Below the pieces are notes generated by a model, which worked only from the letters and a program-made list of their open reading frames with translations, made no database searches and was not told the origin of the DNA. This document shows, piece after piece, positions 1 to 10,138 of a DNA stretch of 64,000 nt. Position 1 is the first letter of the stretch; each line of letters opens with the position of its first letter. The position numbers were made by a program, and so were the translations under genes. Source of the DNA: Pseudomonadota bacterium (GTDB lineage Bacteria > Bdellovibrionota_B > Oligoflexia > Silvanigrellales > Silvanigrellaceae); assembly GCA_039799905.1 (NCBI GenBank), contig JBDLRP010000041.1, positions 1-64,000 on the forward strand, read 5' to 3'.

Positions 1-26
1 TGAGCCAGGATCAAACTCTTAAGTTT
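1..26 (-). rRNA. rrs: 16S rRNA 5' end (gene runs off the left edge of the window)
   Basis: Reverse complement of 1-19 is AGAGTTTGATCCTGGCTCA, the universal 27F site. The 5' boundary is placed by analogy with E. coli. Confidence 0.95.
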
Positions 27-172
27 AATTTGGCTACATGATTATTATAAAACGTTCATTGACGTTATTTGGTAAAACCTCACGCCGGTTGCGAACTTCT
101 CTCAGTGTTGCCACCAAAATCTACTCACCCTTGCGTGCGGCTCTTCCCGCACTCTGTGACTTCTCTCTTCTC

Positions 173-184
173 TTTTCAAAGAAC
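173..184 (-). promoter_or_regulatory. rrn leader boxA-like antitermination element
   Basis: Minus strand GTTCTTTGAAAA about 150 nt upstream of the 16S 5' end. Confidence 0.6.
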
Positions 185-214
185 TTCTACAACCGTTGAG
201 ATTGGAGAACGCGG

Positions 215-275
215 TAGGTAGTCTGTCGATTGGATGTTGTCAAACAGAGATTTTAAATTTTTTTGGAAATAAATT
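215..275 (-). promoter_or_regulatory. rRNA operon promoter (sigma70 -35 plus AT-rich UP element)
   Basis: Perfect TTGACA at 243-238 (minus) preceded by A-tracts at 250-275. The -10 is weak (TACCTA at 17 bp spacing). Confidence 0.55.
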
Positions 276-301
276 AAGTATCTAAAATTACAGGTAAAAT
301 A

Positions 302-1057
302 ATGAAACATATATTGCTCGCAGGTGCATCAGGACGGCTTGGACAAGAGATATTGGCGGCTGGACTAAACAAGTCTGCACAGGTGCATGCCATCGCGCGC
401 AACGATTTGCCGAGCATCGCAAAGAAAATCTCGGAAATTGCTGCCAAGTCGAACGACCGGTGCGTTGTCGTTGATGTCACTTTGCCGGAGGGAACCGAGA
501 ACATTGTTAGCGGTCTTCTTTCAGATGGAGTCCCAGCGGGCTGCGCGGCGGTGATCATCGGTTCGACAGGTCATACGAACGAACAGTTGAAAACTATCGA
601 GAAACTGGCTGTAAAAATTCCTGTGGTTTTATCAACCAACTTCTCGCGCGGAGTCTTTCTTCTGGAGGAGCTTTTAAAGGCAAAGACAAGCTCCGGAGCG
701 AGCGTTGCAGAACTTGCAAGAATTCTCGGATTCGACCTTTCGATGTGGGAATCCCACCATACATTAAAGAAGGACGCCCCGAGCGGAACAGCTCGGACAC
801 TCGCAACTGCCGCTGCAATCCCGCACGAGCGCATTGCCTCGACGCGCGTTGGAGCTGTGGTAGGCGAACATGCTGTTTTTTTGAGTCAGGAGTCTGAAGA
901 GCTGCGCATCACCCATACGGCACACGCCAGAAAACTGTTTGCCGAAGGCGCGCTCGATTTGTGCGAGCGAATATTAAACGGCGCTCTTCCAGCCAAATTG
1001 TATTCAACAGGCGATGCTTACAGGTCGCTGCTGACGTCAGCGCTGACAAACAACTGA
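302..1057 (+). CDS. dapB: 4-hydroxy-tetrahydrodipicolinate reductase
   Basis: GASGRLG Rossmann motif, IGSTG, TNFSRGV and ESHHTLKKDAPSGTA signature. Confidence 0.93.
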   Translation: MKHILLAGASGRLGQEILAAGLNKSAQVHAIARNDLPSIAKKISEIAAKSNDRCVVVDVTLPEGTENIVSGLLSDGVPAGCAAVIIGSTGHTNEQLKTIEKLAVKIPVVLSTNFSRGVFLLEELLKAKTSSGASVAELARILGFDLSMWESHHTLKKDAPSGTARTLATAAAIPHERIASTRVGAVVGEHAVFLSQESEELRITHTAHARKLFAEGALDLCERILNGALPAKLYSTGDAYRSLLTSALTNN

Positions 1058-1102
1058 TGACTTTTGCGCGACCGCTCGTGTCCGAAGGCTGACGTTTTAT
1101 CT

Positions 1103-1567
1103 TTAAGATTGGTGGGCAAACGATTCAACGAGCGACTGGAGCGCCAGCATGGGTGTAACAGCCCCACGACAGGATTCGACGTTCCACAATGGTGATTCTG
1201 ACTCAGTTTGTTCGGACCACATGACTGGAATGAGTCCACTCTGCCAATACCAATTGAGCCGCACCACAGGATCGCCGAGCAATTCTGCTGCCGGACGAAG
1301 AATAGAATGCTTCTCTGGAAACTGTTCCGGAGGATAGCGCATCTGCAGCTTGCGATAACGTTCTCTGACAATACTCTGCGGAGCCCACACCTCGACCTTG
1401 AGCGCAGCGGCGGCATGATCTGGACTCAGATTTTCAGTTGGCTGCGCAGGACTCCACTCATGCGAAATCGTCTCACAAGGAGTGCGGCCGCGCGGAAGCA
1501 GCTCAAGCCGCAACAGTTTGATGTCCACAGCAGCACGTCGACGGGGTTCAATTGAGGCTTGCGACAT
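1103..1567 (-). CDS. Degenerate J-domain protein (HPD replaced by YPPE)
   Basis: AALKVEVWAPQSIVRERYRKLQMRYPPEQFPEKHSILRPAAELLGDP aligns with J-domain helices I-IV. It has a GGAG RBS and is the last gene of the Hsp70 operon. Confidence 0.7.
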   Translation of the reverse strand: MSQASIEPRRRAAVDIKLLRLELLPRGRTPCETISHEWSPAQPTENLSPDHAAAALKVEVWAPQSIVRERYRKLQMRYPPEQFPEKHSILRPAAELLGDPVVRLNWYWQSGLIPVMWSEQTESESPLWNVESCRGAVTPMLALQSLVESFAHQS

Positions 1568-1593
1568 TCACATCTCCTTTCAGCTGTGGAAAA

Positions 1594-3117
1594 TCATTCA
1601 GTCGTAAAGGTTTCTGCGCGAAGAAATTCTGCAATGTAGCGGTAGGTCGCCGCAGTGCCGTCCTCGGCATGATCATCGGAATTGACGCCATCCAGCCGCG
1701 CGAAGATCGTCTCTGGCTCAAAATGACGTAAGCATTCAAGGGCCTGTTTCGTCAGTTTCATCTGAACATCCGCTCCGCAGGGATAATGACTGCGCTCGGC
1801 CTGTGCGCGAGCAAAAGTTGCCGGCATTTCGGCAACGCTCGCGACGGCATACAACCAATATTCGTCAAGCCGGTCGGGTTCTCGTTTGTAATAATAAGCG
1901 AGAGTCAACAACGTCACAATCAATTGATGTTCGGCCGGACTGAACGACCACGCAACTGATTTGACCGCCGCAGAAGGATCCGCACTCAATGACCAATAAA
2001 AACTGCGTTGGGCAAGGTGGGAAAAAATCCGCTGCCAGTCACAGGGCTCTTCCAGAGCAATGGAAAACGCGACGGCGGAAATCATGCCATAGAGGTCGTC
2101 ACTCTCCGCGCGCAATCTCTCACTATTAAAACGCTGAAATTCTCGAATGACCTCTTGCCCGTAGATATGCCGGCTGACCGATGCGGGAAGAAAAAATTTT
2201 TGAAAACCGGACAACAACAGTGCATCCGTTGCCTGCAACTCAGCACGAACATCGGCATGAAGCTCGCCGGAAGAAAATCCCTTGACGAGAAATGCCTGCA
2301 AATCTGCAGCCGAGCCTGCACACCAGCAGGCAAGTTGATCACGTGCGCGGCTTATCTCGGATAAAATCAACTTTGCCTGCGACTGCTGCTCGGGGGGGAG
2401 CTTGCGCAACGCGAACTGACGCACCGCAAGAATGGCATTGCAATGTTCCCATTCATCTATCAGCTGACAAAACTCGCGCTGAATGACCCGCAACTGCGCA
2501 AGACTCGCGCGGACGGAAGTAAGCTCGGTTGACGGCTGCCAGTGCTCGGACGACAAACCGCAAGCTTTGGCCAATGAAAAACGAAATGGAAACGGACTGA
2601 AGGAGTCGCTTGGCGATAGCTGCACTCCCCATTCTGTAATCCGCATAAAGAAGTCTGGTATGTCATGCCCTGACAAAAAGATTGCCTCAGGCGCAACATC
2701 TGCAAAGTGCACGACGGTTCGAAATTGAAAATTACGCTCATTTGGAGCGTGAAAAAAATAAAGCGCCAGATTGAGAGCACCTTCGGCGCAGCGGATGCAT
2801 TCCTGCCACGAATCACCATCAACCCGCGCATCCGCGGACAGCACATCTCTGAATGTTGCGTCCAAGAGGGATTTGACACCCTCAGTCACCCGATGGGCAA
2901 GCTGGACTCTGCCTTCGTCGAGCGGCAAGGGCTCAGGAATTCCTTTGTAGCGTGACAAAAATTCAGGAAAGAAAGGATGGTCGGATGCGCTCAACAACAG
3001 TGTTTCGAAAGCCTGCCAGCGGCTTTGCAGCGCGATTGCGATCCGCTGACTGAGTTGGCGAGTTTCGTTCATTGATGCCCCATTCCACACATCGAGTTTA
3101 TTTTCCAAATGCTTCAT
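1594..3117 (-). CDS. Hypothetical, mostly alpha-helical protein of ~500 aa in the Hsp70 operon
   Basis: Long ORF (track 1594-3153). The start is uncertain (3117 overlapping the Hsp70 stop, or 3072). No motif recognised. Confidence 0.75.
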   Translation of the reverse strand: MKHLENKLDVWNGASMNETRQLSQRIAIALQSRWQAFETLLLSASDHPFFPEFLSRYKGIPEPLPLDEGRVQLAHRVTEGVKSLLDATFRDVLSADARVDGDSWQECIRCAEGALNLALYFFHAPNERNFQFRTVVHFADVAPEAIFLSGHDIPDFFMRITEWGVQLSPSDSFSPFPFRFSLAKACGLSSEHWQPSTELTSVRASLAQLRVIQREFCQLIDEWEHCNAILAVRQFALRKLPPEQQSQAKLILSEISRARDQLACWCAGSAADLQAFLVKGFSSGELHADVRAELQATDALLLSGFQKFFLPASVSRHIYGQEVIREFQRFNSERLRAESDDLYGMISAVAFSIALEEPCDWQRIFSHLAQRSFYWSLSADPSAAVKSVAWSFSPAEHQLIVTLLTLAYYYKREPDRLDEYWLYAVASVAEMPATFARAQAERSHYPCGADVQMKLTKQALECLRHFEPETIFARLDGVNSDDHAEDGTAATYRYIAEFLRAETFTTE

Positions 3118-5080
3118 CAAATCGGCTTTCAATGAGGTCCAGCTCATCATCACAATCTTCGCCGCTAAGACTTCTGCCCAAAAGCGATTCGTACTCGCTG
3201 ATCAAGGACATTAAGTGGGCATATTCAGGCGTGCCGGAACGCACCCTCATCAATTGTCTTCTGGCTTTGACCAAGAATGCGTTCTGCTGGCTAGCAGGCA
3301 CCGGCTGGCCGCGTGATTCGAGGACAGGACGAGACGTCGATGCTGGCTGGGGAGGTTCGGACAAAGGCACCGAGATCCATCCGCTGACCTCTCCGGTGCG
3401 ACTGTCAAAAATTGCTTCAGCCTGATTGTCTGTCTTGAGTTGCTTGGCAAGGACATGAATCATGCCGTTTTGATCGTATGTGAGTTGAATCTCACATTGA
3501 CTCGCCGCCGGACACGGCTGCTTGAGAGGAAACATGAACGTACCGATCAAACGATTCTCGCCGACCGTATCACCTTCTCCCTGTACCACAATGACCTGCA
3601 CGGCAGCTTGATTTTCATATAGCGTATTGAAAAATTCGCTGCGCTTGGACGGCAAGGCTGAATTGCGGTGAATAATTGGTGCGACACGCAAGAGCGAGCG
3701 CAGCTCGGAATGAAAATCGCCCACACGATCACCAAGAATCGTTTGCAGCTGGTCTTCGGACACGGCGCTCAAAATTCCAAATTTGCGGGCGACCTTTTTG
3801 AAGTTTTCATCAATACTGCGGCTGTCTTCTGCAACCCCAACACCCAGCGAGTGACTACACACATCGACAAGAATTGTGCTTGGCTCTAGGCCGAGAATAA
3901 TCGCAGCCTGAACCGCCGCACCCCAACTTACGGCGAGGTCGGGCTCAAGCCTTGCGTCAACCTGACAATGTGGAAAATGCAATTCGAGTGATTTTCTGAC
4001 GAGGCTGACGCGGGTGCTGCCGCCGACAAGCAGAATGCGGGAAATGTTTTTTGCCTTTTTGCGGGCGGCATGAATCGCACGTTCTGTCAGTGACAAGGTG
4101 CGTTGGATAAACGGTGCTGCCAAGCCTTCAAAGAGGTCTCGCGCCACAACAACATCAATGGATGCTCCGGATTCGTCCAATGACGAAGATTGAATATGCA
4201 CTTCGCCATCCGTTTGAAACCGTTTCTTGGCATCTTCGGCAAGCCGTAAAAGCGATTTGAAGCCCGCGCTTCCCGCTTTGATCCGACGGGCCGCCAAGGG
4301 CGGCTGCACATGCTGCAAGAGATATTCGGCCAATGCCTGATCAAGGTCATCTCCGCCGAGACGAACATCTCCCTCACTTGAGAGAACGTTGAAAACCAAG
4401 CCTTCCCGCTCGACAACACTGACGTCGAAAGTACCGCCGCCCAGATCGTATACGACGAGACTCTCGCGCTCGAGATGACGGACATCTGGCAACATGCTGT
4501 ATGCCAGCGCGGCAGCGGTCGGTTCATTCACAATACGCAGTACGTTGATGTTTGCCGATTCTGCCGCAGCAATGGTGGCCGATCGGGCAGCATCATCGAA
4601 ATGAGCCGGCACTGTGACAACAGCCCAGAGTCCGCCGTGACTGGCAACTTCCTCTCGGAGCTGAGCATGATTGGCCAGATGCTTAAGAACCGCGCATGCT
4701 GCCTGTTCTGGAGAATAATCTTTTCCATTCGAGCTGAATGCCTGATTTGTGGAGCCCATCTGTCGCTTGGTGCTGCGAATGAGCTCAGCGATATTTTCGC
4801 CTGCCTTTTGCATTGCCTCGCGGCCAATCAACTCACCCTGCGAAAGCTCATCCCAATACACAACCGAGGGCACAAGGAATTGTTCATCCGCATAAGCGAG
4901 CGTCAGAGGCTGCTCACGATGCTCTTTGAAGACGGACACCACGGAATTCGTCGTTCCAAGGTCGATTCCGATAGCCCTGACTCCGGCGGGTGGCCGGTGT
5001 GCCACTCCAGAATCGCGGGCTGACAACGGCTGCACTTGTCGTGTACCTTGAGGACGCGGCCGAAACGGAACAACCGTCAT
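3098..5080 (-). CDS. Hsp70-family chaperone (non-canonical DnaK/HscC-like paralog)
   Basis: [42 protein letters not shown] and linker [11 protein letters not shown]. Start 5080 is chosen for its GGGAG RBS; the track starts at 5164. Confidence 0.93.
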   Translation of the reverse strand: MTVVPFRPRPQGTRQVQPLSARDSGVAHRPPAGVRAIGIDLGTTNSVVSVFKEHREQPLTLAYADEQFLVPSVVYWDELSQGELIGREAMQKAGENIAELIRSTKRQMGSTNQAFSSNGKDYSPEQAACAVLKHLANHAQLREEVASHGGLWAVVTVPAHFDDAARSATIAAAESANINVLRIVNEPTAAALAYSMLPDVRHLERESLVVYDLGGGTFDVSVVEREGLVFNVLSSEGDVRLGGDDLDQALAEYLLQHVQPPLAARRIKAGSAGFKSLLRLAEDAKKRFQTDGEVHIQSSSLDESGASIDVVVARDLFEGLAAPFIQRTLSLTERAIHAARKKAKNISRILLVGGSTRVSLVRKSLELHFPHCQVDARLEPDLAVSWGAAVQAAIILGLEPSTILVDVCSHSLGVGVAEDSRSIDENFKKVARKFGILSAVSEDQLQTILGDRVGDFHSELRSLLRVAPIIHRNSALPSKRSEFFNTLYENQAAVQVIVVQGEGDTVGENRLIGTFMFPLKQPCPAASQCEIQLTYDQNGMIHVLAKQLKTDNQAEAIFDSRTGEVSGWISVPLSEPPQPASTSRPVLESRGQPVPASQQNAFLVKARRQLMRVRSGTPEYAHLMSLISEYESLLGRSLSGEDCDDELDLIESRFDEAFGK

Positions 5081-5165
5081 TCTGATATGACTCCCAAGCT
5101 GTTGATGATAGCGTATGATGGCTTGCAAAACATGCTTTGTATAGCTTTGCTGAAGTGAGAACACA

Positions 5166-5618
5166 ATGAAGCAACCAACACCAAAAAATCATCTGCTTTC
5201 CTCACATAGCGTTGAAATCGGCGGGGAAAACTACATGAGCATGTCGCTCAGGCTGATTATGCCTGGCGATTTGAACGCAGCAGGTCGTCTTTTTGGTGGC
5301 CGTCTGATGGAATGGGTAGACGAAATTGCTGCACTCTACTGCATGTCTCAGCTGGCCCGGAAACAGATTGTGACGAAGAAAATCTCCGAAGTGATCTTTA
5401 ATGAACCAGCCGATCTGAGCGATGTGCTCGAATTTTTCTGCAGGACAAAGTCGGTCGGCCGCACCTCGGTGACGATCGAATGCCTTGTCATGACCAAGAT
5501 TCTCTCACCCAAAGATCGCGTCAAATTGATTGTCGGCTGCGATCTCGTGTTTGTATCGATTGACGAGCATGGCAGACCCGAACCGCATGGCTATCATCAG
5601 GAGAATTCGCCTTCATGA
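5166..5618 (+). CDS. Acyl-CoA thioesterase (HotDog, YciA-like)
   Basis: PGDLNAAGRLFGGRLMEWVDE, VGRTSV and FVSIDEHGRP. The start may be at 5234. Confidence 0.9.
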   Translation: MKQPTPKNHLLSSHSVEIGGENYMSMSLRLIMPGDLNAAGRLFGGRLMEWVDEIAALYCMSQLARKQIVTKKISEVIFNEPADLSDVLEFFCRTKSVGRTSVTIECLVMTKILSPKDRVKLIVGCDLVFVSIDEHGRPEPHGYHQENSPS

Positions 5619-6346
5619 AACTGGTCGTCATCCGTCATGGTCAAACCGACTACAATGCACAGCGCCGTTTTCAGGGACAGGCGAACATTCCGCTGAACGA
5701 CGTCGGTCGTGCACAGGCGCGCCGCGCTGGGCTACTCCTGGGACAGGTACTGAGAGCGAGCGAAGAATCTGCCCCGACTCTGACAATCACCTCGAGCGAC
5801 TTGCTGCGAACACAGGAAACAACGCAAATCATCTGCAATTCCCTGTCAACTGCGCACCCTGACATCTCCACGCGTGTGGAACTCGAGCCGAGGCTGCGTG
5901 AATTTCATTGCGGTCTTTTTGAAAATTCGACGTACGAAGAGTTTGTTTTAGCAAATCCCGATATCGCGTCGAACTATATGAAGAATTTTGATGAAGACCC
6001 CTATGCCACCCGTTATCCCGGAACAGGTGGCGAGTCGCGGCTGGATGTGATGAACCGTGTGGGTGCGGCGCTGTCTGAGGCTCAGAAGCGGCCGGCAACA
6101 CGCCCCATCATTTGGGTTGTTCATGGTGGAGTGATTGATGTCCTGCTTGAACTGACACACATCCAAAACGGCGAGGCAAAAGCCAACAGGATTAGTGCCG
6201 GCAACGGCGATGTGCTGATTTTAAGAAACTCCGAACGTGGCGAAAAAATTTCCAAACAAAGCCTGCAACTCGGTCATTCGCAAACTTGGCAAGTCGAAAG
6301 ACACTACAAAGTGGGCGACACAATTGCTGCGAAGGTCGTAAAGTAG
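5615..6346 (+). CDS. Histidine phosphatase / phosphoglycerate mutase family protein
   Basis: RHGQT, SSDLLRT, LRE and VVHGG motifs. ATGA overlap with the upstream gene. Confidence 0.9.
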   Translation: MKLVVIRHGQTDYNAQRRFQGQANIPLNDVGRAQARRAGLLLGQVLRASEESAPTLTITSSDLLRTQETTQIICNSLSTAHPDISTRVELEPRLREFHCGLFENSTYEEFVLANPDIASNYMKNFDEDPYATRYPGTGGESRLDVMNRVGAALSEAQKRPATRPIIWVVHGGVIDVLLELTHIQNGEAKANRISAGNGDVLILRNSERGEKISKQSLQLGHSQTWQVERHYKVGDTIAAKVVK

Positions 6347-6366
6347 GCGGACGACAGTCCGGTGCG

Positions 6367-8952
6367 TCACTCCATCCGAAGAAACGCACCCATGCGCTCA
6401 ATCCGCACGTCAGTCATGTCAGCTTCAGTTGTGGCGTTCGGCTGACGGATGAAGGTATCGATACGCTCACTTGAAAGCGGATATGGAAGTCCGGACAACG
6501 GCAAAGTTATTCGATTGCATTCTGCCACGCTTGCAGTGAAGCCACTTTCGGGCGTGAATTGTGCGTGACCCGTTTTTGAAAGATTGAATACAACCGGAGT
6601 AGGAGTTGAGCCATCAAACTGCTGAAATCCTCCGGCGATGAGTCTGCCGTCTCTGTGGATATACGCCATCCTGAGCTCATCATGACCCGCGCTCGAATAG
6701 CGCCTGGACCAAGAAACATTTCCTGCGAAATCGACCGCGGCAAGCCAGCTGTCGGCTCCTGAGGTTCGTTGGGATGAGTTTTCCAACCACGCACCGGCGA
6801 GCAGCAAACCATCCGGCGAGGCCATCAGTGAATAAGGATGAACTGATGCCGACAGCTTGGTAATCATTGTGATTGCGGCGTCCTGCGTGATGGTCACAAT
6901 CCACGGCAGACGCTCAAACGCGTCTGCCGATTTTATATCGGCATATCCAAGAACCGCGAGTTCGTTGTTCTTTTGGCTGATTGGCTCTGTGATGCTGACA
7001 ACACTTCCCGCAGTGACCAACTTGGATGAAATAAGGCTGCCGTCGGAATCAGCGATAGCAATCCATCCCAGACTCTCGTCGCTGTTCATGCGCTGGCGAG
7101 CCGGTCTCAACTCCACGCTGCCGCCCAAGACAAGCCTGCCGCCACGAAGGCTGCGAACGGCAGCGACCTGGCTATGACCCGATGAGGACGATAAAAGTCG
7201 AGTCCACAGGAGCTCTCCTGACGAAGACAGCTTGGCGACAAAGTCATCTCCTGCGTGATTTTCAGATGAGTTGAATTGCCCTACGATAAACAAGGCGCCG
7301 TCATCGGGATTTTCATCGGCAGCAGCAACTCTAACACCCGACTGATGTGCGAAACGATAACTCCAAACCGGCATTCCAGCTGAGTCCACGCGCTGGGCAA
7401 AATATCCGGACTGGCCATTGCTCAACAACAGCTGACCACCATCCTGCAAACTGCGCACGACCGACCACGTCTGTGTCGAACTTTGCTGGCGACGCGCTGT
7501 GACAACACTTCCGTCGTGGGCAAAACGCATCAACTGCGTTTGATTGCCGGCCGACGACGACATCACCAAACCTTCCTGCTGACTGCGTTCAAAAACAATT
7601 CTTGCCGAGGACTTGAGCTCAGCAGGAGAATAAAAGTAACGCCATGCATAAGTTCTCGAATCAGACGCCGATATTTCGGGCTTCCTGCAAGCACCTTCCG
7701 CCACTGGTACGCTCATCAGGTCCCATGACTTTTCCTCTTTGCCAAGCAGGATGCCAAGGGCTTGCAGATACAATCCGACAGCCGTGTCAGCATCGGCGGT
7801 TGTACGAAAGCACTGCCGATCCGAAAGAGATGTTTCATGCGAAGAATAGAGCCGCAGCGAGGCGTAAGCGCCAAGCATGTCGTACAACGACAGTTCTGAT
7901 TTCAGCCGAAAACCAACCTTCAACTTTCCTTTGGGCACTTGCACATAAGGCGGCAGCGATGTTCCATGATGACGATATTCACGCACCGCATCGGCTCTCC
8001 CATTCACAAACGACAATCCGGATCTGAATTCTGATTCCCGCGAACCAGAAAGAAAAAGATCACCCGTGACTGCAATCTGTGACGTGAGTTCGAGCACAGA
8101 TGACGGAGTCAGGACTATTGGAAAACCACCGATGGTCAGCATCACGGGTTTGTAGTTCGCCCTGATAATCGGCCAGTTCCTGGTGATCGGCACATCGACG
8201 CTGCCGGCTATGGAAAATTGACTGTATTCAGATCCGGACAGTTCGTAAGAGAATTCTTGAAGAAATCCGTTCTTGATGCGAATAACAACATCAGCACCCA
8301 GCTGCGAGCGGAACAAAGAGTTCAACCGGAGCTGATCATCGCGCGTCGAGTGGCGGCCGTCGCGGTCAGCAATCACAAAATCCTTAATTTGAATTGCCAG
8401 ACTGAGAATTTTTCCGGTTGTGTCGAACTGCTGCTCCTGACTCACAACCTCACCCGATTCCGAGGAAGTTTCAGAACTCGTCATGGACTCCAAAGCAATC
8501 TGCTGTCGCACAGAAGCTTCGCTCACTGCATCGGTGAGTGAGGCTTGAGATGTTGCAAGAAGGATCTGTGTTGGAGTCTCGCTGCGAAAGTTAATTCTGC
8601 GCAATGCACCCAGTGGTGAAATGGGTGAAGGCGGAAGAACGAGAACATCGCCAACTTTGAAAGAATCTGTCGCGAAACCCGAGGAGACCCCGCGCACCGA
8701 CTTTTCGAGACTCAGGCGCCCGTCGGAACTCAATTGCGAAAATGCAGACATATCCTCCGGGCGAATGATCCGCGCGCGGGGCGACGGCACTATGAAGTTT
8801 TCGCCCTCGCCTGACACTGGTCCCAAATTGAACGGCGCTGGGGATTGTTCCTGGCGGCAGGCTGTGCTGAATTGGAAAAACACTACAAAAGCAAATGCAA
8901 TCTTGGATGTTTTGCGTACCAACACGATTCCTCCGCTGCCCAATCGAAACAA
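6367..8952 (-). CDS. Large lipoprotein with beta-rich middle region and C-terminal beta-propeller repeats
   Basis: Lipobox-like STAC and repeated 'AKLSSSGELLWTR / AVDFAGNVSWSRRY / RVDSAGMPVWSYRF' blades. Confidence 0.75.
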   Translation of the reverse strand: MFRLGSGGIVLVRKTSKIAFAFVVFFQFSTACRQEQSPAPFNLGPVSGEGENFIVPSPRARIIRPEDMSAFSQLSSDGRLSLEKSVRGVSSGFATDSFKVGDVLVLPPSPISPLGALRRINFRSETPTQILLATSQASLTDAVSEASVRQQIALESMTSSETSSESGEVVSQEQQFDTTGKILSLAIQIKDFVIADRDGRHSTRDDQLRLNSLFRSQLGADVVIRIKNGFLQEFSYELSGSEYSQFSIAGSVDVPITRNWPIIRANYKPVMLTIGGFPIVLTPSSVLELTSQIAVTGDLFLSGSRESEFRSGLSFVNGRADAVREYRHHGTSLPPYVQVPKGKLKVGFRLKSELSLYDMLGAYASLRLYSSHETSLSDRQCFRTTADADTAVGLYLQALGILLGKEEKSWDLMSVPVAEGACRKPEISASDSRTYAWRYFYSPAELKSSARIVFERSQQEGLVMSSSAGNQTQLMRFAHDGSVVTARRQQSSTQTWSVVRSLQDGGQLLLSNGQSGYFAQRVDSAGMPVWSYRFAHQSGVRVAAADENPDDGALFIVGQFNSSENHAGDDFVAKLSSSGELLWTRLLSSSSGHSQVAAVRSLRGGRLVLGGSVELRPARQRMNSDESLGWIAIADSDGSLISSKLVTAGSVVSITEPISQKNNELAVLGYADIKSADAFERLPWIVTITQDAAITMITKLSASVHPYSLMASPDGLLLAGAWLENSSQRTSGADSWLAAVDFAGNVSWSRRYSSAGHDELRMAYIHRDGRLIAGGFQQFDGSTPTPVVFNLSKTGHAQFTPESGFTASVAECNRITLPLSGLPYPLSSERIDTFIRQPNATTEADMTDVRIERMGAFLRME

Positions 8953-9261
8953 TCAGCGGTTCGCTGTCACGCATGTGCCTTCGATAATGAGACGCTCGGT
9001 AAAGGATAGAAAACTCAAATCGGTGCGGTACTGAGTGGTAATGCCGGTGATGTAACCGTCCGCGCATTGACCAATCAGCTTGGCATAGGCCTGTTCAACG
9101 AAATTGTTGTCTGTTTTGAAGAGAATATAACTTTCCGAGCCCTCGGCGGTTACCCGTTTGCCTTGTCTCATGCCGGTGAAGTCGGTCGCGCCATACTGGT
9201 GAATGCTGTAAGCGCAACCAGTGCTCATCAGAGCGACAAGTGCAAGAAAAAACCTGCTCAC
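8953..9261 (-). CDS. Small lipoprotein (paralog 3 of triad)
   Basis: Lipobox STGC and C-terminal QCADG...IIEGTCV. Confidence 0.8.
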   Translation of the reverse strand: MSRFFLALVALMSTGCAYSIHQYGATDFTGMRQGKRVTAEGSESYILFKTDNNFVEQAYAKLIGQCADGYITGITTQYRTDLSFLSFTERLIIEGTCVTANR

Positions 9262-9632
9262 TTCGCTCCCCCTGATTTATCGGTTGCCGCACTGCGTGCG
9301 CGCTTGGCATCCAGGCAAAATCCTGTGGCGGTGATTTCATCTTTGGTTGCGATGAAATAAAGAGTGGATTCATACTTCGTGAGTATTCCAGTCACCTTGC
9401 CGTTGCACTTGCTGCGCAATTGCTCGGTCAGCTGATCAACGTAATCGTTGTTGAAGTTCAGCCCCAAAACAACCCACTTGCTGACATTTGCCTTGACCTG
9501 CTCACTGCGGTTCTGCGGAATGCTGGTGACAGAGACACTGCGCAGCGATGCACATCCGGCTGCCAGCTGAGTCAACAGAGACAAGCCAATGATGCCAGAG
9601 CGAAAATGGAAAAAACGATCAGAGTTCGACAT
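9258..9632 (-). CDS. Small lipoprotein (paralog 2 of triad)
   Basis: Lipobox AAGC and KCNGKVTGI...ITATGFCL. The start overlaps the upstream stop. Confidence 0.8.
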   Translation of the reverse strand: MSNSDRFFHFRSGIIGLSLLTQLAAGCASLRSVSVTSIPQNRSEQVKANVSKWVVLGLNFNNDYVDQLTEQLRSKCNGKVTGILTKYESTLYFIATKDEITATGFCLDAKRARSAATDKSGGAK

Positions 9633-10045
9633 CAGCGATTCTCTCCCAAGCAATAACCCGAAATACGGACACCTTCCGCACTGCCATAGTAAAAGTTGCG
9701 GAACTCACGATTTGAAACCAAACTGTGAACTTCCCCCTTCGGGCATTTTTCAAGAATTTTTGCAGCCAAACCATTCCACAAACCGATGTTGTACACCGGA
9801 TTCCCCGTGCGTGGTCCCCACTGAAACAAACCGATGATATTTTTTATCGCCTCGGCCTCATCTTTTTTGCCCGTCACCCTGCCGACAGCTTTGGAGGAAT
9901 TTTCAACGTTGATACCGACGTCGGTGATCTCGATCACAAAACGCGACCCGCCAGATGAAATGTCACCTATCGAAGTCCGATGCAGTGTCATGCAGCCGGA
10001 CGACAAAATCGCGCAGGATCCAACACCCAGCACCTTTGCAAACAT
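9632..10045 (-). CDS. Small lipoprotein (paralog 1 of triad)
   Basis: Lipobox SSGC and KCPKGEVHSL...VRISGYCL. GGAG RBS before the ATG at 10045. Confidence 0.8.
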   Translation of the reverse strand: MFAKVLGVGSCAILSSGCMTLHRTSIGDISSGGSRFVIEITDVGINVENSSKAVGRVTGKKDEAEAIKNIIGLFQWGPRTGNPVYNIGLWNGLAAKILEKCPKGEVHSLVSNREFRNFYYGSAEGVRISGYCLGENR

Positions 10046-10138
10046 ATTTCGACTCCATATAATTACATCAAAATAATCTTGAAACCCCGTCACCGCAATC
10101 ACTGTCGATAAAACCTTGGCGCAATCACGGAGAGACAC

